The position numbers were made by a program, and so were the translations under genes. A DNA stretch of 64,000 nt from Escherichia phage vB_EcoM_JS09, in the sequence record NC_024124.2. One strand, written 5' to 3'. Under the pieces are notes generated by a model, which made no database searches, was not told where the DNA came from, and saw only the letters and a program-made list of their open reading frames with translations. Below are positions 1-8,819 of this stretch, piece by piece. How positions within the stretch are numbered: position 1 is the first letter of the stretch; every line of letters starts with the position of its first letter.

Positions 1-1
1 T

Positions 2-313
2 GAAGCGATGCCAGAAGCAGTTAATGCCATGGTAGAATTTCTTCAAAACAATTTGACTAAATATGACGCTAATGTGTTCATTAATATTAGTCAACCAAAT
101 GTACATATCGCAGGTATAAAATTCTACATTATTTGCGACCCTCTTACCGACAAATTCAACCGCCTCGGAATTTCAAGTCCGTATCATACAGCAGAAGAGT
201 TGTGTGTATTGTTTGAATCGTACAAAATCCAGTGCGATGGTCCGAAAACCGTTCTTATCAATGGATTATCCCGAGATGAAATCATTGAGATTATTAAAAC
301 ATGCTTAAAGTAA
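2..313 (+). CDS. hypothetical protein; frame open to window edge, possibly 5' truncated
   Basis: ORF track 8..313; no stop in frame back to nt 2; lies where alc sits upstream of the spanins in T4, identity not verifiable. Confidence 0.45.
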   Translation, partial: EAMPEAVNAMVEFLQNNLTKYDANVFINISQPNVHIAGIKFYIICDPLTDKFNRLGISSPYHTAEELCVLFESYKIQCDGPKTVLINGLSRDEIIEIIKTCLK

Positions 314-657
314 ATCCGATTTATACTATAGTAGCAGCTTTTGCTCTAGTTTCTACGGTAACAATAGTTGTCTTAAACAACAAAGTTGATTCGTTGAATA
401 CTGAATTAGCTTCTGTCAAAGAGACCGCTAAAAACAATGCTAAAGTATTAGACGACTTCAAGGTTCAGTATCAGTCAATCGAAGAAATGACTTATAAGAA
501 CCGTGTTTTAGTTGACCAACTTAAGGCCGAAAATGAAAAGCTCCGTAAGGATTCGAAGAAGAAGAACGTGGTGGCGAGTAAGCCAGGATTGGTCGAAAAA
601 CAAATCAACAAGTCCTTCGATTCCTTTGCAGAAGACCTCAGGAAGCTCTCAGAATGA
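301..657 (+). CDS. pseT.3: i-spanin (Rz-like), N-terminal TM helix plus coiled coil
   Basis: 118 aa; hydrophobic segment IYTIVAAFALVSTVTIVVL then charged coiled-coil; synteny upstream of pseT as in T4. Confidence 0.6.
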   Translation: MLKVNPIYTIVAAFALVSTVTIVVLNNKVDSLNTELASVKETAKNNAKVLDDFKVQYQSIEEMTYKNRVLVDQLKAENEKLRKDSKKKNVVASKPGLVEKQINKSFDSFAEDLRKLSE

Positions 658-944
658 TTAAATTAACCGCAGTTGTATTATCTATTGGCATTTTGGCCGG
701 ATGTGCCCAGGATGTGCCTTTAAGCCCTAAAGAAACTTTACATCCGCCATGGCCAGAATCTATTGTTGAATATAACCAGAAATGGCAAGTAAAGGTTATT
801 GATGGTAATCCATGGGTTGGAATGCCATTTGAAGACTCTCAAGAATTTCGTATCTGGTTAAACGACGTAAAAAGATATGTACATGACCAGAAGACTATGT
901 TATGTTATTATCGTAGTGGTTTAAAAGAGGAAAAATGCCAATGA
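654..944 (+). CDS. pseT.2: o-spanin (Rz1-like) outer-membrane lipoprotein
   Basis: 96 aa; signal peptide ending in lipobox LAGC; start overlaps i-spanin stop; Pro-rich mature region. Confidence 0.6.
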   Translation: MIKLTAVVLSIGILAGCAQDVPLSPKETLHPPWPESIVEYNQKWQVKVIDGNPWVGMPFEDSQEFRIWLNDVKRYVHDQKTMLCYYRSGLKEEKCQ

Positions 945-1159
945 CTAAAGAACAGCATGAATACATTAAAGGGCTTATCTATGAATCTGAAATGGCGGCC
1001 ATGATTTACGGGCGACAGATTCAACGATTAGAATCTTTGCCTCCGACTAATGACCGATTGTTAGTTCAGTCTCGTGCTAATCTGAAAAATGAATATCAGA
1101 ATAAGTGGGCAGTAGCGACTAAAGCTCTTCACGAGTATATTGAATCTTTAGTAAAATAG
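935..1159 (+). CDS. hypothetical protein
   Basis: 74 aa ORF, ATG preceded by AAAGAGGAAAA; overlaps stop of upstream gene. Confidence 0.5.
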   Translation: MPMTKEQHEYIKGLIYESEMAAMIYGRQIQRLESLPPTNDRLLVQSRANLKNEYQNKWAVATKALHEYIESLVK

Positions 1160-1188
1160 TTTACAAACTCTCAGGAGCAGAGTATAAT
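1159..1188 (+). promoter_or_regulatory. T4-type early promoter (GTTTAC -35, TATAAT -10) nested in inverted repeat AGGAGCA/TGCTCCT
   Basis: GTTTAC 1159-1164, TATAAT 1183-1188, inverted repeat flanks -10; followed by GAGGAA RBS and ATG 1217. Confidence 0.6.
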
Positions 1189-1216
1189 GCTCCTATGGAT
1201 AATTGAGGAAATCTAA

Positions 1217-1515
1217 ATGAAAACATTACTAGAGAATTACATCAAACGGTCTGATGAGTATATTGATATCTGTCGTGGAATGTCACTCGGCAATTATGAC
1301 AAAGATGCAGCAAAGGCACTAGATGAAGCAGGTAAAGCTCTTCGTAAAGCTGCTAAAGAAAAAGGGTTGGATTTGCAACAACTCAAAAGTCATATGATTA
1401 AATTTATTTCTTCAAACGTTAGAAGTACGTCAATTAATAAAAACGTTGCTGAAATTAATAAAGACCGGCGCGAGCATAACATTCGTATTCTTGAAATTTT
1501 CTTAGGAATAAAATA

Positions 1516-1516
<1 letters not shown>
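1217..1516 (+). CDS. hypothetical protein
   Basis: 99 aa ORF behind early promoter module and GAGGAA RBS. Confidence 0.55.
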
Positions 1517-2602
<1,086 letters not shown>

Positions 2603-2603
<1 letters not shown>

Positions 2604-2794
2604 TGAAACGATTATATGAAGTGATTGAGGCCATCGAACAGCATAAAGAATATTTGTTTGTAGCCTGGCCTTTAGTAAATGGACAGTTCGGTATTGATGT
2701 GCTGGACTATGAGCATGAAGAACGTTTGGACGGTGGTATATTTGATAACGTCGACCAGGCAATTGAATGGTTAAATGAAAACTATGTACGATAA
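2603..2794 (+). CDS. hypothetical protein (cd.x region)
   Basis: 63 aa ORF, taATG overlap with pseT stop. Confidence 0.5.
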
Positions 2795-2999
2795 ACATCA
2801 TGAAATCGAAGATGAAGCATACAAAATGCTTCGTAAACTAGTGGGACTTAATATGAGTCCTACATTAATCAACAAACTCGCAGGAATTCGTAATGATCTG
2901 AATACTCGTTACAAAGGCGAATATCATGTAGAGTTTGTTCCTGTAGGTGAACCGACCGAGCGATTTGTTGTTCGAGTTAAAGTAAATACTGTACACTGA
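2775..2999 (+). CDS. hypothetical protein (cd.x region)
   Basis: 74 aa ORF; start uncertain (ATG 2775 or 2784). Confidence 0.45.
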   Translation: MKTMYDKHHEIEDEAYKMLRKLVGLNMSPTLINKLAGIRNDLNTRYKGEYHVEFVPVGEPTERFVVRVKVNTVH

Positions 3000-3006
3000 G
3001 GTAATT

Positions 3007-3282
3007 ATGTTCCCAACTTATTCTGAAATTGTAAAGGTAGTCTTCAGTCAGATTATTGCTAATAATATGTTTGAAGTGCTTGATAATGCAGCCGAACTCA
3101 GAGTTCATGCTCAACTAACTCATGTACTCAATGCTTTGCTCCCAGACCAAGTAGATTCTATTGCTATTACTCTTCTCCCTGGGTCTGCGCACGTCATAGT
3201 GGTATTTGATCTTGATGGTGATTTAGTTATCCAGTGTGATATCAATTTCGGTACACAAAAAATTGAATGCAAAGCAATTTAA
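3007..3282 (+). CDS. hypothetical protein (cd.x region)
   Basis: 91 aa ORF with GAGGT RBS. Confidence 0.5.
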   Translation: MFPTYSEIVKVVFSQIIANNMFEVLDNAAELRVHAQLTHVLNALLPDQVDSIAITLLPGSAHVIVVFDLDGDLVIQCDINFGTQKIECKAI

Positions 3283-3284
3283 TG

Positions 3285-3314
3285 GTTTACAACATGGTGG
3301 AGTTGTGATACTAT
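3285..3314 (+). promoter_or_regulatory. T4-type early promoter nested in inverted repeat GGTGGAGTT/AACTCTACC
   Basis: GTTTAC 3285-3290, -10 region GATACTATA about 3307-3315; followed by GAGGAA RBS and ATG 3343. Confidence 0.6.
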
Positions 3315-3342
3315 AACTCTACCAACAAATGAGGAAATAGAA

Positions 3343-3579
3343 ATGCTAAGTGAAAACCCAATTACAGTACACGAATTTCAGATTAAAGTAAAAGAATTTG
3401 CTCAAGCACTCATCAATAAAGTGTCTGAACGTTTCCAAGATGCAACATTACGAGTTATTCAAGAATCTCCACGTTCTTTTCTCATAATCGTTAATCCTAA
3501 AGATGGTGACCAAATTACTAATCTTAAATTAGGCAGTGACGGTCTTGTTGAAGCAACTCGAGTATATGGAACACTATAA
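3343..3579 (+). CDS. hypothetical protein
   Basis: 78 aa ORF behind early promoter module. Confidence 0.55.
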   Translation: MLSENPITVHEFQIKVKEFAQALINKVSERFQDATLRVIQESPRSFLIIVNPKDGDQITNLKLGSDGLVEATRVYGTL

Positions 3580-3699
3580 TGAGAGCTATCTCATTACTAT
3601 CGAGAATGGTCATAAATCTGAGCACTACCAACTTAGCCTGTCTAATCCGGTTAAAGGTATTGTTGAATCAGAATCTGTTTATATCTCCTAAGGATTGTT

Positions 3700-4692
3700 A
3701 TGTTACCTGTCATCAGAAAACTTATTTCTCCAAAAGAACTGGCTGAGATTATTCCTTTGTCGGAAGCTTACGCATCACAAGTGGCTTCTCATCGCGAACA
3801 AGTTAATTCGATTATGAACGGTGAAGACCCACGCAAACTTATTGTTGTAGGTCCTTGTTCAATTCATGACCCTATTGCTGCTGTTGAATACGGCAAACGT
3901 CTGGCTGAACTTCAAACTCGTCTTCCTAATGTTCTGTTAGTGATGCGCGTTTATTTTGAAAAGCCTCGAACTACCGTAGGTTGGAAAGGTCTTGTAAATG
4001 ATCCATATCTTGACGGAAGTTTTGATATGAACCACGGTCTTATAGTTGCACGAACATTGTGTCGTAAACTTCTACGTATAGGACTTCCATTAGCAACTGA
4101 AGTATTAGACCCATTCACGATTAAGTATCTTTCTGGTATTTTCTCATGGGTTGCTATTGGCGCCCGTACGACTGAAAGTCAGACACATCGTGAAATTGCT
4201 TCAGGTCTACCGATGTGCGTAGGCTTCAAGAACGCAACCAATGGTTCTATTAAAGTAGCTACAGACGCGATGTATAGTGCCGCCTGGCCTCATCGGTATA
4301 TGGGTATGGACGTCGATGGTACTGTAGGCATTGTTGAAGCTGAAGGTAATCAGAATACGCATATCGTATTGCGTGGCGGGACCAACGGCCCGAACTATCA
4401 TTCTTCTGATATTCAAGAAGCTTCTAACAAAGCAAGGGCAGTAGGTCTGAATCATTATGTAATGGTTGACTGTAGCCATGCAAACGCTGATGGACATTAT
4501 AGCAATCAAATTGGTATTGGTAAAAATTTAGCAGCTAATGATTTGGTCAAAGGAATTATGATAGAATCATTCCTACATGAAGGAAATCAAAAAATTTCCG
4601 ATAATATGTCCTATGGCGTTTCCGTTACCGATGCGTGCATCAGTTGGGAACAAACTAAAGAGCTGTTAACTTATATTAATAAGGTTCAATAA
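3700..4692 (+). CDS. 3-deoxy-D-arabino-heptulosonate-7-phosphate (DAHP) synthase, class I (AroG/AroF/AroH-like)
   Basis: 330 aa; full-length colinearity with E. coli AroG as recalled: VVGPCSIHD, MRVYFEKPRTTVGWKGL, GARTTESQTHRE, GFKN, DCSHAN, ESFLHEGNQ, TDACISWE; stop overlaps cd start. Confidence 0.85.
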   Translation: MLPVIRKLISPKELAEIIPLSEAYASQVASHREQVNSIMNGEDPRKLIVVGPCSIHDPIAAVEYGKRLAELQTRLPNVLLVMRVYFEKPRTTVGWKGLVNDPYLDGSFDMNHGLIVARTLCRKLLRIGLPLATEVLDPFTIKYLSGIFSWVAIGARTTESQTHREIASGLPMCVGFKNATNGSIKVATDAMYSAAWPHRYMGMDVDGTVGIVEAEGNQNTHIVLRGGTNGPNYHSSDIQEASNKARAVGLNHYVMVDCSHANADGHYSNQIGIGKNLAANDLVKGIMIESFLHEGNQKISDNMSYGVSVTDACISWEQTKELLTYINKVQ

Positions 4693-5273
4693 TGAAAGCT
4701 AGCACATACCTTCAGATTGCATATCTGATTTCTCAAGAATCAAAATGTTGTTCATGGAAAGTTGGCGCAGTCATTGAAAAAGATGGGCGCATTATTTCTA
4801 CTGGGTATAACGGTTCACCTGCAGGTGGCGTTAACTGTTGCGAACATGCATCTGAAAATGGTTGGTTGAAGAATAAACCAATCCCAGTCATCGTTGCTGG
4901 GCATAAAGAAGGCACTACAGCATTTGGACGGGCAGATAATTTTGTTTTGGCTAAAGAACATCGGGCCGCTCATAGTGCATGGTCTGCTAATAACGAAATC
5001 CATGCAGAATTGAATGCAATTTTGTTTGCAGCTCGTAAAGGTAATTCTATTGAAGGTGCTACGTTGTATACGACACTTTCTCCATGTCCTGATTGCACTA
5101 AAGCTATTACGCAGTCAGGTATTAAAAAGGTTGTATACGCAGAATTATATGACAGATCTCCTGAAAATTGGGCAGACATTCTTAAACAAGCTGGTATTGA
5201 AGTAATTCAGTACTCTCGTAATAATCTTCGTTCTCTGAATTGGGAACAAATCCGAAACTTTTGTGGTGAATAA
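4692..5273 (+). CDS. cd: dCMP deaminase
   Basis: 193 aa; near-identical to T4 Cd (MKASTYLQIAYLISQESKCCSWKVGAV..., HAELNAI, SPCPDC zinc motif). Confidence 0.95.
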   Translation: MKASTYLQIAYLISQESKCCSWKVGAVIEKDGRIISTGYNGSPAGGVNCCEHASENGWLKNKPIPVIVAGHKEGTTAFGRADNFVLAKEHRAAHSAWSANNEIHAELNAILFAARKGNSIEGATLYTTLSPCPDCTKAITQSGIKKVVYAELYDRSPENWADILKQAGIEVIQYSRNNLRSLNWEQIRNFCGE

Positions 5274-5274
5274 T

Positions 5275-5571
5275 ATGATTTTAACCGAACAAGAAACTAT
5301 GGTTCTTCGTGAACGTATTAAAACTATTCTGTCTGTAGGCGTTCATTGTGTTGTATTTGAAAAGGCTAACGGTGAGGTACGCACTATGTTTGCTTCGCGC
5401 GATGAACTTGAAGTCAAATATGAAAATAACAATCCGGCAACAGAAGTTCGTTATGAACCTCGTGAATCAGTTCGAGCATTCGATACCAAGTTAGGTCAGT
5501 GGCGTTCTTTCCGCCTTGATAAAGTAATTTCGGTTGATGGTACTCCGGTGGAACGTTTGCTTCTTATGTAA
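5275..5571 (+). CDS. hypothetical protein (31.x region)
   Basis: ORF track 5263..5571 starts on GTG; first ATG at 5275 directly after cd stop with GGTGAA RBS. Confidence 0.5.
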   Translation: MILTEQETMVLRERIKTILSVGVHCVVFEKANGEVRTMFASRDELEVKYENNNPATEVRYEPRESVRAFDTKLGQWRSFRLDKVISVDGTPVERLLLM

Positions 5572-5598
5572 TATGCTTTACGAATAGTATAGTATTAT
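5571..5598 (+). promoter_or_regulatory. candidate MotA-dependent middle promoter (MotA box ATATGCTTTA + -10 TATTAT)
   Basis: TGCTTTA 5574-5580, TATTAT 5593-5598, 12 nt spacing; upstream of gene 31. Confidence 0.5.
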
Positions 5599-5628
5599 TA
5601 ATCTATCGTCAAACAACAAGGAAATAAG

Positions 5629-5961
5629 ATGTCTGAAGTACAACTCCCAATTCGTGCTGTTGGTGAATATGTCATTCTGGTTTCTGAACCCGCTCAAGCA
5701 GGTGATGAAGAAGTTACAGAATCAGGACTTGTGATTGGTAAACGTGTTCAAGGTGAAGTTCCTGAACTATGTGTAGTTCATTCTGTAGGTCCTGATGTTC
5801 CTGAAGGTTTTGTTGAAGTCGGTGATTTGACTCCACTACCAGTTGGACAAATTCGAAATGTTCCACATCCATTTGTGGCTTTGGGACTTAAACAACCTAA
5901 AGAAATTAAACAGAAATTCGTAACATGCCACTATAAAGCTATTCCGTGTCTTTATAAGTGA
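5629..5961 (+). CDS. 31: co-chaperonin (GroES analogue) for capsid folding
   Basis: 110 aa; near-identical to T4 gp31 as recalled ([34 protein letters not shown]...). Confidence 0.95.
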   Translation: MSEVQLPIRAVGEYVILVSEPAQAGDEEVTESGLVIGKRVQGEVPELCVVHSVGPDVPEGFVEVGDLTPLPVGQIRNVPHPFVALGLKQPKEIKQKFVTCHYKAIPCLYK

Positions 5962-6085
5962 TATAAATAACTATATGAAGAGAACACTCTTCTAAGCGGT
6001 AGCCTACAACTGAGAGACTTGTCGAAAGAAGGTGAAATTCAGACGAACGTGGCTACTAAATATTATCTCGAATTGAGAATTTAAA

Positions 6086-6334
6086 ATGATTAAACAATTA
6101 CAACACGCTCTTGAACTGCAACGCAACGCATGGAATAACGGTCACGAAAACTATGGCGCGTCGATTGATGTTGAAGCCGAAGCACTGGAAATCCTGCGTT
6201 ATTTCAAACACCTGAATCCTGCTCAGGCTACTCTGGCTTCTGAACTGGAAGCTAAAGATGAATTGAAATATGCTAAGCCTCTGGCTTCTGCAGCACGCAA
6301 AGCAGTTCGTCATTTTGTTATTACCCTGAAGTAA
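6086..6334 (+). CDS. rIII: rIII lysis-inhibition accessory protein
   Basis: 82 aa, same length and position as T4 rIII between 31 and the 30.x genes. Confidence 0.8.
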   Translation: MIKQLQHALELQRNAWNNGHENYGASIDVEAEALEILRYFKHLNPAQATLASELEAKDELKYAKPLASAARKAVRHFVITLK

Positions 6335-6356
6335 GTTAAATCGAGGAGCCGTCGAA

Positions 6357-6584
6357 TTGTCTGATTATCGATTTGCGAATCGGTATGTTTTAGAAGTACC
6401 GCCCCGACAATTTTACGGTGTACCTCTTGAATGTTACTATCATGCGTCAGAAAAGTGTTATCTGTGTAAGTCTTGGTGGTATGATGACGAGGTTTATGGT
6501 TATCCTGTCGTTAAATATCCAAAACCTATGTTCCCCTTGAGGGCTTGCGCAGGCAATGTCAATAAGTCCTGCATTTTCATTTAA
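6357..6584 (+). CDS. hypothetical Cys-rich small protein, TTG start
   Basis: 75 aa ORF; no in-frame ATG near 5' end; TTG 6357 lies 8 nt after GAGGAG. Confidence 0.4.
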   Translation: MSDYRFANRYVLEVPPRQFYGVPLECYYHASEKCYLCKSWWYDDEVYGYPVVKYPKPMFPLRACAGNVNKSCIFI

Positions 6585-6596
6585 AGAGAATTTATA

Positions 6597-6776
6597 ATGG
6601 CAAAACAAGCTAAAGCAAAGAAAGCAGTTGAAAAGAAAGTTGATGGTACCTCTAAACGCGCTGGATACAAGCGTGGGTCGAACTCTCGTATTAATCAAAC
6701 AGTTGAGAAGATCATGCGCAGAGCACGTGCAGTTCTTCGAGATGATGCTTCTCGTTTTGGAAAGGTTGTTGCATAA
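6597..6776 (+). CDS. hypothetical small basic protein (59 aa)
   Basis: Hand-translated MAKQAKAKKAVEKK...GKVVA; below 60-aa cutoff of ORF track; ends 5 nt before hairpin terminator. Confidence 0.5.
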   Translation: MAKQAKAKKAVEKKVDGTSKRAGYKRGSNSRINQTVEKIMRRARAVLRDDASRFGKVVA

Positions 6777-6781
6777 TTTTA

Positions 6782-6803
6782 GGGAGACTTCGGTCTCCCT
6801 TTT
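6782..6803 (+). terminator. rho-independent terminator, C(UUCG)G hairpin
   Basis: GGGAGAC-TTCG-GTCTCCC followed by TTTT. Confidence 0.75.
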
Positions 6804-6836
6804 GTGCGTTTAGGGCAGAAAAAGTTTAAAAAAGAT

Positions 6837-6865
6837 GTTTACTCTCCTGTAGGATGTGTTACTAT
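6837..6865 (+). promoter_or_regulatory. T4-type early promoter (GTTTAC ... TACTAT)
   Basis: GTTTAC 6837-6842, TACTAT 6860-6865 (17-nt spacer); GGAGAATAAAATG RBS/start at 6907. Confidence 0.6.
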
Positions 6866-6906
6866 AGACTTGTACCACCTAATCAATAAAACAATCGGAG
6901 AATAAA

Positions 6907-7275
6907 ATGAAAATCAATCTGAACTCATACATCAAATGTAAAGACCACGACGGTTATAAAGCTATCGAAATTAAAGAATTCCAGTGGATGTTATACAAAG
7001 AGCAATTTGAGTTCGTAGGTTGTATGACCCCTGAAGGTCCTTCAGATGATTTCTCTTGGAAAATTGTGTTAGCAAACTTTTTCACAGGTGACACATACGA
7101 ATTAAAAACTATTATTACCGGTAAAATTCGTTCAGAAACATATGTTGACGAAGAAACTGGTTACTCTGAAGATGTTACATGGTATCAAAATGGACGCATT
7201 ACAGCAGATAACCTGATCGAAAAAATGAAAGCCAAAGGTGTTTTAAATTTAGACAATTGGATTAAAGTTGCATAA
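6907..7275 (+). CDS. hypothetical protein (30.x region)
   Basis: 122 aa ORF behind early promoter and GGAG RBS. Confidence 0.6.
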   Translation: MKINLNSYIKCKDHDGYKAIEIKEFQWMLYKEQFEFVGCMTPEGPSDDFSWKIVLANFFTGDTYELKTIITGKIRSETYVDEETGYSEDVTWYQNGRITADNLIEKMKAKGVLNLDNWIKVA

Positions 7276-7279
7276 AACA

Positions 7280-7308
7280 GTTTACTTTGGTACAGGTTAT
7301 GTTATTAT
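7280..7308 (+). promoter_or_regulatory. T4-type early promoter nested in inverted repeat TGGTACAGGT/ACCTGTACCA
   Basis: GTTTAC 7280-7285, TATTAT 7303-7308; same GGAGAATAAAATG module as at 6907. Confidence 0.6.
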
Positions 7309-7349
7309 AGACCTGTACCAACAAACAACTTAAACATCTGGAGAATAAA

Positions 7350-7715
7350 ATGAACTACACCAACTTCGAACGCAAATATGTTTCTAACGGTATCGCTGGT
7401 TCTATCGATATGGTTTGTTTGTGGAAGCATAAAAATGGTTCAGTATGTGAAATTGAGCAGTGCATGACTCCTAATTATGTTTATATGCGATTTGAAAATG
7501 GCATCACGGTTTCAATCACGATGGAAGGTTCAAATTTTAAAATTGCATTAGATGATGATTTCCGTCAGCGTGATTTAGGTACTCATCCTTGCTGGAACGG
7601 CGTTAATCGTAAACTTCTGGTTAAAACTTGGATTCGTCATATCCTGAGTAACCGAGCTAAACATGAACATCTCGAAGCAATCTTTGATGTAGTTCTTAAC
7701 GAATTTGATATCTAA
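7350..7715 (+). CDS. hypothetical protein (30.x region)
   Basis: 121 aa ORF; shares CMTP motif and size with neighbouring 122-aa ORF. Confidence 0.6.
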   Translation: MNYTNFERKYVSNGIAGSIDMVCLWKHKNGSVCEIEQCMTPNYVYMRFENGITVSITMEGSNFKIALDDDFRQRDLGTHPCWNGVNRKLLVKTWIRHILSNRAKHEHLEAIFDVVLNEFDI

Positions 7716-7722
7716 TTTAACT

Positions 7723-7738
7723 GGGAGCTTCGGCTCCC
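7723..7738 (+). other. C(UUCG)G stem-loop without U-tract
   Basis: GGGAGC-TTCG-GCTCCC immediately before GAGGAA RBS of next gene. Confidence 0.5.
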
Positions 7739-7750
7739 ATTGAGGAAATT

Positions 7751-8365
7751 ATGTTTAAAGTTAATACTTTTTATAAAATGAATTTTAAAAATGGGGATAT
7801 TACTCCACGCCTTAAAAACATGTTCTCATATGACCTTATCGAGCCTTTTGAAGTTTTAGAAGTTACTGATGCCGGCTCGGTTTGTGAAATTAGAACGTCT
7901 GAAGGTAAAATTTATCAGGCAGGTGTTGGTAAATTCAGTAATTGTTTTACTTTAATATTCTCGACTGATTTAGATGAACATTTTATTGAATGTCATAACC
8001 ATAAGGTCTACGAAGTTCCACATCAAGAAACTAAGAAAAATGGCCCACATGAATATACGAAGGTTGAAACTCCTCACGGTGTGATGTGGCGTCATAACTC
8101 TCCTTTTGGAAGTAAAGGAACATTTGCTCAACTGCCTAAACCGTATGACGATGAAAAATACATCGTCGCCTTTTTATCTGAACAGGGTACTCAAGACCGT
8201 GGATGCCAAAGAAGTGGTTTACTAAGTGAACTTGAAGCTCATAACCAAGCACGTGAATTCGTTGAGAAAAATCCTGGTTCTGAAGCTCTAGTCATGAAAG
8301 CAGTTACTCAATATATCACTGCTCAACCTGTTGTTCATCCGGTAGAAATTAATTTCATTAAGTAG
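7751..8365 (+). CDS. hypothetical protein
   Basis: 204 aa ORF with GAGGAA RBS. Confidence 0.6.
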   Translation: MFKVNTFYKMNFKNGDITPRLKNMFSYDLIEPFEVLEVTDAGSVCEIRTSEGKIYQAGVGKFSNCFTLIFSTDLDEHFIECHNHKVYEVPHQETKKNGPHEYTKVETPHGVMWRHNSPFGSKGTFAQLPKPYDDEKYIVAFLSEQGTQDRGCQRSGLLSELEAHNQAREFVEKNPGSEALVMKAVTQYITAQPVVHPVEINFIK

Positions 8366-8395
8366 TTTACATCCAAGGACGGATTAGAGTATAAT
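8365..8395 (+). promoter_or_regulatory. T4-type early promoter
   Basis: GTTTAC 8365-8370 overlapping upstream stop codon, TATAAT 8390-8395. Confidence 0.5.
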
Positions 8396-8419
8396 GATTT
8401 CTTTAGTAAGTGGAAAAAT

Positions 8420-8617
8420 ATGAAATTTTTAATAGCACAAACAGTCCAATTAAAAGGTGTTGGAATTCCTGGGGTGATTTTTAAAGTTCTCCCTGAATTT
8501 AAAACCGCCGCTGGAATTATCAATGAAGCGTATGCTGTTCAATGGGTTGATTGGACTTCTGACATACGTATGGGTAAAGAGTTATCTCCTATTAAAGGGT
8601 TGAAACATGTTGAATAA
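8420..8617 (+). CDS. hypothetical protein
   Basis: 65 aa ORF downstream of early promoter. Confidence 0.5.
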   Translation: MKFLIAQTVQLKGVGIPGVIFKVLPEFKTAAGIINEAYAVQWVDWTSDIRMGKELSPIKGLKHVE

Positions 8618-8819
8618 ATTAATCCAGAAATTGTTAGGTACAGAAATGGTTGAAGTTACGTATCGTGTGACTGACTGCTCGCCTATTCATCCACAGGATG
8701 AACCATTTATCAAGACAATTAAAATGCTTAAAAACGATGGTGGTTTATCTATTGAAGACCGTCTGCCTAGTTACGGTCATTGGGCTGATGTTGAAATTAT
8801 AAGTGTTAAAGATGTCTGA
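8607..8819 (+). CDS. hypothetical protein
   Basis: 70 aa ORF overlapping neighbours at both ends. Confidence 0.5.
   Translation: MLNKLIQKLLGTEMVEVTYRVTDCSPIHPQDEPFIKTIKMLKNDGGLSIEDRLPSYGHWADVEIISVKDV

Noticed and set aside
5962-5992. TATAAATA at 5962-5969 plus hairpin GAAGAG-AACA-CTCTTC after gene 31 as a late promoter for rIII
   Set aside because: It lies 117 nt upstream of rIII, immediately after the gene 31 stop; this could be chance in AT-rich sequence or a 3' stability element. Too uncertain to list as a feature.
6628-6813. 61-aa ORF overlapping the small basic ORF, and the – strand ORF 6447..6698
   Set aside because: The + ORF reads through the hairpin terminator at 6782-6803 and lacks an RBS; the – strand ORF is antisense to two + strand genes in a purely + strand operon.
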